The position numbers and the translations under genes were made by a program. The notes under the pieces were generated by a model. That model was given only the letters and a program-made list of their open reading frames with translations, was not told where the DNA came from and searched no databases. 64,000 nt of DNA from Intrasporangium sp. (lineage in GTDB: Bacteria; Actinomycetota; Actinomycetes; Actinomycetales; Dermatophilaceae), in NCBI RefSeq assembly GCF_040414665.1, contig NZ_JBEDUL010000010.1, positions 10,491 to 74,490 of the forward strand, in the 5' to 3' direction. Positions 46,957 through 56,268 of this stretch are shown piece by piece; position 1 is the stretch's first letter, and each line of letters starts with the position of its first letter.

Positions 46957-49900
46957 GTGAGTGATCTCGCGGCCTCCGAGGATCCGAGGTTCACGCGGCT
47001 GCTCGAACGGCTTCTCACCGCGGCCGAGGCCTCGCTCGCCGCCGGTGATCTCGAGCCGGCCCGTGCGACCGCCGAGGAGGTCCGCGCAGTCGACCCGGAC
47101 AACGAGCGGGCGAGGAGGATCCTGCGGCAGCTCGCCGCCCGTCAACGGGCACCGTCCGGCGAGCGAGCCCTGATGACCCTCTTGTTCTCCGACCTGGTCG
47201 GCTCGACGTTGCTTTCCGAGCGCGTGGAGCCCGAGCAGCTCCGGGACCTGTTCTCCTTCTACCGGGCGGCCGCCCGCGAGGCGGTGGAGCGCTACAGCGG
47301 ACAGCTCATCCAGTTCTCCGGCGATGGCGTGCTCGCCGGCTTCGGGTACCCGGAGCCACACGAGGACGACGCCCGGCGTGCCGTCCTCGCGGGCCTCGAC
47401 CTTGCTGTGGCGATGCGGGACGGGCGGGCCGAGATGGAGCGGCGCGTCGGCGCGGCCGCGGAGGTGCGGGTGGGGATCCACACCGGGCGGGTCGTCGTCA
47501 CCGACTTCAGCAACGACGCGAGTGTGGCCGAGCGGGACTCCATCGTCGGCATCACCCCGAACCTGGCGGCGCGGATCCAGGCCAATGCTGAGCCGGGCAC
47601 GGTGGTGATCAGCGACGTCACACAGCAGCTCGTGGACACCGACTTCTACCTGCAGTCCCGGGGGGAGCACCAGTTCAAGGGCATCAGCCGGCCGGTCGAG
47701 GTCTTCGCCGTCGAAGGACCCCGTTTCGCGGCGGCGCGTTTCGCGGCGGAACGCTATCGCAAGTCGGGACTGGTCGGACGGGACGAGCCACGGACGGCGA
47801 TGCTCGAGGCGTGGCAGTCGATCCGGACGGACGAGGGCGGCGTGCGGCCTGGCGCCTCTTTTCTCGTCGTCGGGGAAGCGGGAATCGGCAAGTCCCGCTT
47901 GGTTGCCGAGGTTCTGGACCGGGTCGAGGCCAGCGCCGGCCGGGTGCTCGGGGCGGGGTGCCTGCCCTACTACGCCAACGTGTCGTTGTGGCCGATCGCC
48001 CAGATGCTCGAGAGGGCCCTCGGCCTCTCGGGCGGGCCGGAGCGCAAGCTGCGGGCACTCGTTGCGCACCTGGCCGATCTGGACCTGGACCTTGGACGCA
48101 GTGTCCCGTTCCTCGCAGCGCTCGTCGGGGTGGCACCCTCTGACGCGTACCCGCGGCCGGAGCTGGACCCGATCGCCTTCCTGGACGAGACGCTGAACCA
48201 CGTCGTCGAGTGGCTGACCGCCGTCGCTGCGAGCACGCCCCACCTGCTCGTCGTCGAGGACCTGCACTGGGCCGACCCGTCCACCCTCGCGCTGCTCGGT
48301 CGTCTCGTGGGCCGGGCGCCGAGCGGGCTGCTCACGGTGGCCACCACTCGTGACTCCCACCTCGTACCCTGGACGCAGGCTGTCGAGGTCGTCGAGCTCG
48401 ACCATCTTGACCGGGACGAAGCCATGAGCCTCGTCACGAACCTCGTTGCAGGGCAGGACCTCTCCGATGACAGGTGCGCGTCGATCGTCGCCCAGGCCGA
48501 CGGGATCCCGCTCTACATCGAGGAGCTCACCCGGTCGTGTCTCGCCGAGGACCGAGGCGAGCCGATGCCGCTGCGTCTGCAGGAGCTGTTCACCTGGCGC
48601 TTCCGGGCTCCCGGAGTCGACCTGCGCGTCGTGCAGGTCGCCGCGACGGTGGGCCCGACCTTCCCCGCCGGCCTCGTGTCGGCGGTGATCCGCGACGAGG
48701 CGCTCGTGATCCAGCAGCTGGAGGTGCTCGTCGACCACGGGATCATCGAACGCGGTGACCCGGAGTCGGGGAGGTATCGCTTCCGGCACGCACTCATGCG
48801 TGACGCGGCCTACGAGACACAGGTGCTCGACGTACGCCGCGAGACGCACGCCAACGTGGCGGAAGCCATGGCAGCCCAGGGCGCCGAGCCCGCTCTCATC
48901 GCCGCCCACCTCGACCTGGCAGGTATGGCTGAGCGGGCCGCCGCGCTCTACGTCGCGGCTGCTCAGGGTGAGCAGGCCCGGGGAGCGCACACGGAGGCCG
49001 CGAGGCTCGTCACGCGGGCCCTCGAGCTCTATGAGGGCCTTCCGGAGTCAGAGGAGCGGGACCTCGCCGAGCTCGGCGCCCGCATGCTGCGCGTGCTGAG
49101 CATCAGCTCGATGCGTGGCTACGCGGCTCCTGAGGTACAGGCGGACCACAGCCGTGCCGAGGCACTGACCACGGCGCTGGGCAGCCGACCCGAGGTCCTG
49201 CCGGCGGTCATCGGGATCTACGGCTACCGCCTGACGAATGGTGACGTGCCGACAGCTCGCATGCTCATCGAGCGCCTCATGGGCATGATCCGTCAGCCAG
49301 CCTTCGCCTGGTTCGACCCCGAGGTGGAGGAATGTGCAGGATATGTCGAGCTGTACCAGGGAAACCTCGGTGCGGCGCGGACCTACCTCGAACGGTCGAT
49401 GGCCGGCTACGAGGGACGCCCGGATGACGCCGTCATCTCTCCGTACTGGCCTCTGCCCAACGACCCCAAGGCCGCGTCGGCGATCGGCCTGGCCTGCATC
49501 GCCGCGCTGCAGGGTGACGTCGAGGCAGCGTCGCGGTGGGAGCACCAAGCGGTCGAGCGGGCCGAGGGCCTTGGGTTTCCACGGGGCCCGTTCACGCTCG
49601 GTTTCGTCAAGACCTACGCCGCCTGGATCCGGCAGTTCCTCGGCGACGACGTCGGCGCACGGCGGCTGGGGGCTGAGGTCGTGCAGGTGGGACAGCAGCA
49701 CGGCTATGCCTACTGGATGATGCTCGGCTCGGCCTACGTTGCCACGGCCCTTCCGGGGGGCGAGCCCGACCGTGAGTTCCTCGAGCAGACGGTGGCCTCG
49801 TTGCGCCTCATGGGTCACGAGGCGTTCCTCGGGTCGATGCTCGCCCATCTCGCCCGCCTCCATGCGCAGGCCGGCGATGTCGACCGCGCCAGCGAGCTGA

Positions 49901-50220
49901 TCGACGAAGCCGTCGAGGCCGTCCACAAGAGCGGTGAGTATCTCCACCTACCCGAGCTGCTCCGGCAGCGAGCCGGCTTCGCACTGAGCCGCGGTGCACA
50001 TGCTGATGACGTCGTGGCAGACCTTCAGGGCGCCGTCGACGTGGCCGTCGAGCAGGAGGCGACCGTCTCCTACCTTCGTGCCGCCCTCGAGCTGGCTCGG
50101 CTGCCGGAGGACCGACGCCCCATCGACTGGCGCATCACCCTCGACCAGGCCAGGCAGAGCCTGCCGCCGTCATTCCGGTCGGCCGAGAGCGCGGCCGCCG
50201 ACGCCCTGCTCTCCGACTGA
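46957..50220 (+). CDS. Class III nucleotidyl (adenylate/guanylate) cyclase fused to a P-loop STAND NTPase and TPR-like repeats
   Basis: Cyclase motifs FSDLVGST, FSGDGVLAGFG, VGIHTG and NLAARIQ. Walker A is VVGEAGIGKSRLV. The long helical-repeat C-terminus has no HTH. The gene starts 3 nt after the previous stop. Confidence 0.88.
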   Translation: MSDLAASEDPRFTRLLERLLTAAEASLAAGDLEPARATAEEVRAVDPDNERARRILRQLAARQRAPSGERALMTLLFSDLVGSTLLSERVEPEQLRDLFSFYRAAAREAVERYSGQLIQFSGDGVLAGFGYPEPHEDDARRAVLAGLDLAVAMRDGRAEMERRVGAAAEVRVGIHTGRVVVTDFSNDASVAERDSIVGITPNLAARIQANAEPGTVVISDVTQQLVDTDFYLQSRGEHQFKGISRPVEVFAVEGPRFAAARFAAERYRKSGLVGRDEPRTAMLEAWQSIRTDEGGVRPGASFLVVGEAGIGKSRLVAEVLDRVEASAGRVLGAGCLPYYANVSLWPIAQMLERALGLSGGPERKLRALVAHLADLDLDLGRSVPFLAALVGVAPSDAYPRPELDPIAFLDETLNHVVEWLTAVAASTPHLLVVEDLHWADPSTLALLGRLVGRAPSGLLTVATTRDSHLVPWTQAVEVVELDHLDRDEAMSLVTNLVAGQDLSDDRCASIVAQADGIPLYIEELTRSCLAEDRGEPMPLRLQELFTWRFRAPGVDLRVVQVAATVGPTFPAGLVSAVIRDEALVIQQLEVLVDHGIIERGDPESGRYRFRHALMRDAAYETQVLDVRRETHANVAEAMAAQGAEPALIAAHLDLAGMAERAAALYVAAAQGEQARGAHTEAARLVTRALELYEGLPESEERDLAELGARMLRVLSISSMRGYAAPEVQADHSRAEALTTALGSRPEVLPAVIGIYGYRLTNGDVPTARMLIERLMGMIRQPAFAWFDPEVEECAGYVELYQGNLGAARTYLERSMAGYEGRPDDAVISPYWPLPNDPKAASAIGLACIAALQGDVEAASRWEHQAVERAEGLGFPRGPFTLGFVKTYAAWIRQFLGDDVGARRLGAEVVQVGQQHGYAYWMMLGSAYVATALPGGEPDREFLEQTVASLRLMGHEAFLGSMLAHLARLHAQAGDVDRASELIDEAVEAVHKSGEYLHLPELLRQRAGFALSRGAHADDVVADLQGAVDVAVEQEATVSYLRAALELARLPEDRRPIDWRITLDQARQSLPPSFRSAESAAADALLSD

Positions 50221-50221
50221 C

Positions 50222-52315
50222 ATGGCGGGGCGGCGGGTGGTCATCCTGGGGGGCGGCATGGCCGGCCTCACCACTGCCTGGGAACTGAGCTCGGGCGACT
50301 GGCGGAAGGAGTTCGACTCCATCACCGTGTACCAGCGCGGCTGGCGCCTGGGTGGGAAGGGTGCGAGCAGCCGCGGCCCTCATGGCCGCATCGAGGAACA
50401 CGGGCTGCACGTCCTCCTCGGCTATTACGACGCGACCTTTCGGCTGCTTCGGGAGGTGTACGCGGAACTCGACCGGACCGTGACCGACCCCGGTTGTCCG
50501 ATCCGGGACTGGCGGGAGGCATTCTCGCCCAGCGATGACGTGGGCCTCGCCGACCACGACGGCACCACGTGGAGTCACTTCGTGACGCAGTTCTCACGCA
50601 ACGGGGACCTGCCGGGCGAGCCGGGTGCCGAGGACCGGCCACTGGAGCCGCTGGGCGTCGCCTTACGGGCGTTGCGGCTGCTCGCCGACTTCGACGAGGC
50701 GGTCGCACCGGAGCCAGCCGGGGCGGGCGTCTATCTGAGCGCGTCCGCAGTGCCGAGGCCGGCAGGATCGGCGATCCGGACCCTCGTCCGGGCCGGAAGC
50801 CGCACCACCATGGCCGGGCTCCTCGTGCTGCTCGATCGGGCCGCAGGTGTGGTCACCGGACCGGGGCTCGGCGCTCCGGTCGTGGATGCCGTCACGGCTG
50901 GGCTGCAGAGGTGGCGTGATGACCTTCGCGCGGCGGTCCAGGACACTCCGGCGGCCCGGCGAACCTGGCAGCTGGTCGATCTCGTCGCGACGAATCTCCA
51001 AGGCATGGTCGTCGACGGACTGCTGTCGGGGACCGCCTACGAGCGGATCGACCACCTGGACTACCGCGAGTGGCTGGCCCTGCACGGCGCGGCTCGAGAG
51101 ACGCGCGACTCTCCCATCGTCCGAGGGATGTACGACCTCACCTTCGCCTATGAAGGGGGTGACCGGTCACGCCCGCGATTTGCCGCGGGACTGGGACTCC
51201 AGCTCGCCAGCCGCATGCTCTTCGACTACAAGGGCTCGATCTTCTGGAGGATGCAGGCCGGGATGGGCGAGGTCGTCTTCGCCCCCCTGTACCAGGCGCT
51301 CGTCCAGCGGGGCGTCGAGTTCACGTTCTTCCGGCGGCTCTCGCGCCTGAGCCTCGCCGATGATCGGTCGATCAGGTCGATCAGGTCGATCGGGTCGATC
51401 GGGTCGATCGAGCTCGTCCGGCAGGCGGAGCCGGCCATCGGGCAGCACGCCTACGATCCGCTCGTGCGTCACGGCGGCCTCCCGTGCTGGCCCGATCGGC
51501 CGCTTGTCAACCAGCTCGACCACGATCCCGGGGTCCATGCTGAGTCGCACTGGGCACGGGATGACGGCCGGCCGGTCGAGACGCTGCGCGCCGGCGAGGA
51601 CTTCGACGTGGCAGTGCTCGCGGTCTCCCTGGGCATGATCCCGCACGTCGCCGGCGAGCTGCTCGCGGCCGATCCCGCGTGGCGCAGGATGGTCGACCAC
51701 GTCGCGACGGTAGGGACTCGCGCCGCGCAGCTGTGGTTCCGCTCGACCGAGGCACAGCTGGGCTGGAATGGTCGGCCCGGAGTGACCCTGACCGGGTTCG
51801 GCAACACCTTTGACACGTGGGCGTCGATGTCCCACCTGCTGTCCCGTGAGGGATGGCCCGAGCACGACGGACCACGTGCCCTCGCGTACCTGTGCGGCGC
51901 GATGCCCGACGGCGACCCGGCCTCGGCTGGTCGGCGCGTCCGGGGGGAGCTGACCCGCTTCCTCGACGAGGAGTCCGGCGCCTTGTGGCCGGCGGTCTCG
52001 GGTCCCCAAGGCTTCCGGTGGGAAGCGCTGTGGGACGACCGGGACCGCATCGGGCCGGAGCGGCTCGACGCCCAGTACCTGAGAGCGAACCTCGATCCCT
52101 CCGACCGCTATGTCCAGTCACTGCCCGGGTCAGGGAGACACCGGATCGCTCCCGACCGCACCGGCTTCACGAACCTGGCCGTGGCGGGGGACTGGACGGC
52201 CTGCGGGCTCGACGCCGGTTGCGTCGAGGCTGCGACCCGGTCCGGAGTGCTCGCGGCGAGAGCCATCCGGTCCGGAACGTGTGGGCAGACCCCTGCCGAG
52301 GAGGTCGTCGGGTGA
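50222..52315 (+). CDS. FAD/NAD(P)-binding oxidoreductase, phytoene/zeta-carotene-desaturase-like (amine-oxidase fold), 697 aa
   Basis: Dinucleotide motif VVILGGGMAGLTTA, then GWRLGGKGAS...IEEHGLHVLLGYY, and C-terminal NLAVAGDWTACGLDAGCVEAATRSG. The ATG lies 1 nt after the cyclase stop. Confidence 0.8.
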   Translation: MAGRRVVILGGGMAGLTTAWELSSGDWRKEFDSITVYQRGWRLGGKGASSRGPHGRIEEHGLHVLLGYYDATFRLLREVYAELDRTVTDPGCPIRDWREAFSPSDDVGLADHDGTTWSHFVTQFSRNGDLPGEPGAEDRPLEPLGVALRALRLLADFDEAVAPEPAGAGVYLSASAVPRPAGSAIRTLVRAGSRTTMAGLLVLLDRAAGVVTGPGLGAPVVDAVTAGLQRWRDDLRAAVQDTPAARRTWQLVDLVATNLQGMVVDGLLSGTAYERIDHLDYREWLALHGAARETRDSPIVRGMYDLTFAYEGGDRSRPRFAAGLGLQLASRMLFDYKGSIFWRMQAGMGEVVFAPLYQALVQRGVEFTFFRRLSRLSLADDRSIRSIRSIGSIGSIELVRQAEPAIGQHAYDPLVRHGGLPCWPDRPLVNQLDHDPGVHAESHWARDDGRPVETLRAGEDFDVAVLAVSLGMIPHVAGELLAADPAWRRMVDHVATVGTRAAQLWFRSTEAQLGWNGRPGVTLTGFGNTFDTWASMSHLLSREGWPEHDGPRALAYLCGAMPDGDPASAGRRVRGELTRFLDEESGALWPAVSGPQGFRWEALWDDRDRIGPERLDAQYLRANLDPSDRYVQSLPGSGRHRIAPDRTGFTNLAVAGDWTACGLDAGCVEAATRSGVLAARAIRSGTCGQTPAEEVVG
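51366..51410 (+). repeat. Five tandem copies of the 9-nt unit GGTCGATCR, in frame (SIRSIRSIGSIGSI)
   Basis: ggtcgatca x2 then ggtcgatcg x3, lying inside the oxidoreductase CDS. Each unit carries GATC. Confidence 0.9.
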
Positions 52316-52935
52316 GTGGGACGCTGGACGCAGCGTCCCAGGTCGCGCACCTCGTCGGAGAGGTGCAGCGCTTCGGGTTCCTCAGCGCCGCGTCCGTGGT
52401 CAAGCGTTACACCGAGATCGTCGACCGGGCCATCGCCGGCGCCGGCCTTCCCGAGTCCGACCCGGTCGCGCGAGGACCCGCTGGCGATGCGTTGCTCGAC
52501 GCTGCCTCCCGGTTGGCCGAGGCGGGCCTCACGTCCCTGGAGACGATGACGGCCCTGCTGGGCGACAGTCTCCGACCGAACCCCGGAAGAGGCGGACGGG
52601 AGACGGTGGTCCTTCCCCCTGCAGCCGGAGGCTCCACCTCGCTGGCCCCATTGTGGCTGCACAACGCAACCGACGCGTCCGTGCGACGAGTCGAGCTCCA
52701 CGCGACGGCGCTCACCTCGTCCTCGGGAGCCGTCATCCCAGCCGCTGCCCTGAGCCTCTCACCCTCGAACGTCGACGTCCTGGCCGCCATGAGCCACCAG
52801 CAGGTCACTGTCCAGGTGACCGTGCCCCCCGGCCAGGCGCCAGGTCACTACCACGGAGTCGTCGTCCTGTCGGCGGCACCGGACGAGGCGATGGCACTGC
52901 TGCTCGAGGTCCGGACGATGGACGGGGAGCCGTGA
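52312..52935 (+). CDS. Hypothetical protein (207 aa): helical N-terminus + beta-rich C-terminal domain
   Basis: The GTG start overlaps the oxidoreductase stop (GTGA). High GC3. Its architecture resembles the C-terminal third of the 530-aa protein. Confidence 0.65.
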   Translation: MSGTLDAASQVAHLVGEVQRFGFLSAASVVKRYTEIVDRAIAGAGLPESDPVARGPAGDALLDAASRLAEAGLTSLETMTALLGDSLRPNPGRGGRETVVLPPAAGGSTSLAPLWLHNATDASVRRVELHATALTSSSGAVIPAAALSLSPSNVDVLAAMSHQQVTVQVTVPPGQAPGHYHGVVVLSAAPDEAMALLLEVRTMDGEP

Positions 52936-53966
52936 GCGGCCCGAGCCCTCAGTTCCTCGGGCAGCTCGAGACGTACGCGTCCCAGGCACGCGTCGTCGCG
53001 GCGTCCTACCTGCCCGAAGGTGCATTCTCGCCCTACCTCCGGCTCCCGGCCACCGAGTATCTCGACCGGGGAGGGAAGGGGCTGCGACCTGCTCTGTGCC
53101 TGGCCACCTGCAGCGCGTTCGGCGGCGAGGTGGAGGCCGCCCTGCCCTCGGCCGCCGCCATCGAGCTGCTCCACACGGCGTTCCTCGTCCACGACGACGT
53201 CGAGGACGACAGCGACCTCCGGCGCGGCGAGCCCACCCTGCACCAGAAGTACGGACCCGCGCTGGCGATCAACGCGGGCGACGGCCTCGCGGTGGTCGCG
53301 CTGAGTGCGCTGCGGGAGAACGAGCGCACGATCGGGCGGCCGCTCGCCGCCAAGGTCTGGTCCGAGTTCGACTTGATGGCACGGCAGACCGTCGATGGCC
53401 AGGCCTGCGAGCTCGGGTGGCAGCGTGATCGGCGGACCGACCTCACCCCGGACGACTACCTCGAGCTCATCATGAAGAAGACCTGCTGGTACACGACCCT
53501 CCTGCCGCTGCGGGTCGGCGCGCTGATCGGGTCGAGGGGGACGCTGGACCTCGAGCCAATGCTCCGGTTCGGGTTCTTCCTCGGCGCGGCCTTCCAGATC
53601 CGGGACGACGTGCTCAATCTCACCGGGTCGCAGGCCCTCTACGGCAAGGAGGCCCTCGGCGATCTGCGTGAGGGGAAGCGCACGCTGATGCTCATCCACC
53701 TGCTGGCGGCGGCCAACCCGCGAGAGCGCGAGCAGGTCGTCGGCTACCTCGCCCTCGACCCGGCGGAGCGCTCGGGTGAGGTTGCAGAACACCTCTTGGC
53801 CCTGATGGACGACCACGGCAGCGTCGCCTTCGCGGACGAGTTCGCCCGGGGCATTGCCCGGGCGGCGGGAGTCGCATTCGAGGAGGCCTTCGCTGCCGCG
53901 CCCGACTCGCCGGCCCGCCGCTTCATCCGCGAGCTCGTGACCTACATGGTGGAACGGGACCGCTGA
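52932..53966 (+). CDS. Polyprenyl diphosphate synthase (GGPP-synthase-like trans-prenyltransferase)
   Basis: First Asp-rich motif LVHDDVEDDSDLRRG and second FQIRDDVLNL. The GTG start overlaps the previous stop (GTGA). Confidence 0.88.
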   Translation: MSGPSPQFLGQLETYASQARVVAASYLPEGAFSPYLRLPATEYLDRGGKGLRPALCLATCSAFGGEVEAALPSAAAIELLHTAFLVHDDVEDDSDLRRGEPTLHQKYGPALAINAGDGLAVVALSALRENERTIGRPLAAKVWSEFDLMARQTVDGQACELGWQRDRRTDLTPDDYLELIMKKTCWYTTLLPLRVGALIGSRGTLDLEPMLRFGFFLGAAFQIRDDVLNLTGSQALYGKEALGDLREGKRTLMLIHLLAAANPREREQVVGYLALDPAERSGEVAEHLLALMDDHGSVAFADEFARGIARAAGVAFEEAFAAAPDSPARRFIRELVTYMVERDR

Positions 53967-53972
53967 GGCGGG

Positions 53973-54584
53973 TCATCGCTGGACGACGGGCGCACCCTCG
54001 AGCCGGACGCCGGCCTCCTCGAGCTGCGCCAGCGCGGCCTCCGTCGTCTTCGGTGCGACCCCGGCCGTGAGGTCGAGCAGCACGGTGGTGTCGAGTCCCT
54101 CGCGACGGGCATCGAGCGCCGTGGCTCGCACGCAGTGGTCCGTGGCGATCCCGACGACGTCGACGTGCGAGACGCCGCGCTCCGCGAGCCAGTCCGGGAG
54201 AGTCGAGCTGTCCGGGCCGATCCCGTGGCATTCAAAGCCGCTGTAGGCAGCCGAGTACTCGCCCTTGTGGAACACGGCTTGGACCGAGTCCAGGGCGCCG
54301 GCGAGGTTCGGGTGGAAGGCGGAGCCCGCGCTTCCGGCCACGCAGTGGACCGGCCACGTGTCGATGTAGTCCGGGTCCGCCGAGAAGTGGTCGCCCGGGT
54401 CGATGTGCCAGTCGGCCGTGGCGATGATGGTGTCGTAGGCGGCCCCGCGCTCGGCAACGTACGCCGAGATGGCCTGCGCGACAGCGGCGCCACCCTCGAC
54501 AGCGAGCGAGCCGCCTTCGCAGAAGTCGTTCTGGACGTCGACGATGATGAGCGCGCGGCGCTCGCTGGGGCCGGACGTGGACAT
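53973..54584 (-). CDS. pncA: Nicotinamidase/pyrazinamidase
   Basis: ALIIVDVQNDFCEGGSLAV, and the catalytic Cys in GIATDHCV. Isochorismatase fold. Confidence 0.88.
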   Translation of the reverse strand: MSTSGPSERRALIIVDVQNDFCEGGSLAVEGGAAVAQAISAYVAERGAAYDTIIATADWHIDPGDHFSADPDYIDTWPVHCVAGSAGSAFHPNLAGALDSVQAVFHKGEYSAAYSGFECHGIGPDSSTLPDWLAERGVSHVDVVGIATDHCVRATALDARREGLDTTVLLDLTAGVAPKTTEAALAQLEEAGVRLEGAPVVQR

Positions 54585-54587
54585 GAC

Positions 54588-55877
54588 TCAGTGCTCCTCG
54601 AAGATGGTGGGAATGACGGGCTCGCCGCGCGAGAGCTGGGTCGCGGCTCGGGGCAGCTCCGCCCGCGACGCGGCATGGCGTTCGCGGGCCTCATGGATGT
54701 CCTGGTGGTCGATGACCGCACCATCGCGGACCAGCTCGACCATGAGCGGACGGTCGTTGCCGTCGTCGCGCGGCCGCTCCCCGATCCCGATCACCTCGGC
54801 CTCGGCGAGCCCCTTCGCGCCCAGGCGGCGCATCGCCCACTTGCGGCCGCCCTTCGACGCCTTGTCCTTGCTCTTCTTGGCGACTTTCTCCAGCTCACCG
54901 CTTGAGTTCTCGCGCTGGACGAGCTTGTAGACCATCGAAGCGGTCGGTGCCCCAGACCCCGTCACGAGGGCGGTGCCCACGCCGTACCCGCTCACGGGCG
55001 CGACCGCGAGGGCCGCGATCGCGTACTCGTCGAGGTCGGAGGTGACGATGATGCGCGTGTCCCGGTTGCCCGCGGCGTCGAGCTGTGCACGGACCTCCTG
55101 CGCCTGGATGAGCAGGTCGCCGGAGTCGAGCCGGACGGCGCCGAGCTCGGATCCGGCGATCTCCATGGCGAGGTCGACAGCGGTCCGCACGTCGTACGTG
55201 TCGACGAGGAGCGTCGTGCCCTTGCCGAGGGACTCGACCTGGGCGGTGAACGCGTCGCGTTCCGAGTCGTAGAGCAGGGTGAAGGAGTGCGCGGCCGTGC
55301 CGGCTGTCGGCACGCCGTGACGTCTCCCGGCCTCCAGGTTGCTCGTGGCGTCGAAGCCGGCGATGTAGGCCGCGCGCGCGGCAGCGACGGCAGACTCCTC
55401 GTGGGTGCGTCGCGCCCCCATCTCGATGCACGGCCGGCCGCCCGCCGCACAGGTCATCCGGGAGGCAGCCGATGCGATCGCCGTGTCGTGGTTGAGGACC
55501 GACAGGACCAGGGTCTCGAGAACGACCGCCTCGGCGAAGGTCGACTCGACGACGAGCACGGGGGAGTAGGGGAAGTAGACCTCGCCCTCGCGATAGCCGC
55601 TGACGGCGCCACTGAACCGGTAGGACGCGAGCCAGTCGATCGTCTCCTGGTTGACCACGTGCGTGTCCGAGAGGAACCGCAGCTCCGCCTCGCCGAAGCG
55701 GAACTGCTCGAGCGCCTCGAGGAACCGTCCCGTCCCCCCGACGACCCCGTAGCGGCGGCCGTCGGGCAGTCGCCGAGCGAACGCCTCGAAGACGCACCGG
55801 CGCTGGGCCTCCCCGGAGGCCAGTGCGGCCTGCACCATCGTCAGCTCGTAGTGGTCGGTCAGCAGTGCGGTGCTCAC
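54588..55877 (-). CDS. pncB: Nicotinate phosphoribosyltransferase
   Basis: N-terminal STALLTDHYELTMVQAAL and about 430 aa from GTG 55877. The longer track ORF would run into the clpS start region. Confidence 0.85.
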   Translation of the reverse strand: MSTALLTDHYELTMVQAALASGEAQRRCVFEAFARRLPDGRRYGVVGGTGRFLEALEQFRFGEAELRFLSDTHVVNQETIDWLASYRFSGAVSGYREGEVYFPYSPVLVVESTFAEAVVLETLVLSVLNHDTAIASAASRMTCAAGGRPCIEMGARRTHEESAVAAARAAYIAGFDATSNLEAGRRHGVPTAGTAAHSFTLLYDSERDAFTAQVESLGKGTTLLVDTYDVRTAVDLAMEIAGSELGAVRLDSGDLLIQAQEVRAQLDAAGNRDTRIIVTSDLDEYAIAALAVAPVSGYGVGTALVTGSGAPTASMVYKLVQRENSSGELEKVAKKSKDKASKGGRKWAMRRLGAKGLAEAEVIGIGERPRDDGNDRPLMVELVRDGAVIDHQDIHEARERHAASRAELPRAATQLSRGEPVIPTIFEEH

Positions 55878-55929
55878 GCTGCCCAGCCTACGATCCCGCT
55901 CCGTGGCAGGGCGGTCATAGGGTGGACGC

Positions 55930-56268
55930 GTGATCCTGACGAGCATGTCCCTCGCGCCGGTGGCTCCCGTGCGCAGCCCGGATACGGAGGAGGCCACCGA
56001 GGAGGCCACGGGGACGGATGAGGTCGTCCTGCCGGACGTCCCCTGGGTCACCATCGTGTGGAACGACCCGGTCAACCTCATGACCTACGTGACCTGGGTC
56101 TTCGAGTCGTACTTCGGGTATCCCCGCCCCAAGGCGGAGAAGCTGATGATGGACGTCCACACCAAGGGCCGGGCGGTGGTGTCGAACGGCCCGCGCGAGT
56201 CGATGGAGCGGGACGCCGAGTCGCTCCAGGGCTACGGCCTGTGGGCGACCTTCGAGAAGGACGAATGA
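55930..56268 (+). CDS. clpS: ATP-dependent Clp protease adaptor ClpS
   Basis: [47 protein letters not shown]. The start is either 55930 (GTG) or 55945 (ATG). Confidence 0.88.
   Translation: MILTSMSLAPVAPVRSPDTEEATEEATGTDEVVLPDVPWVTIVWNDPVNLMTYVTWVFESYFGYPRPKAEKLMMDVHTKGRAVVSNGPRESMERDAESLQGYGLWATFEKDE

Noticed and set aside
46957-50220. The STAND NTPase as an Avs-like antiphage sensor or other defence system.
   Set aside because: No nuclease, TIR, protease or other typical defence effector is fused or adjacent. The N-terminal module is a class III cyclase, as in common actinobacterial signalling proteins. The flanking genes are metabolic. I cannot support a defence call from sequence alone.
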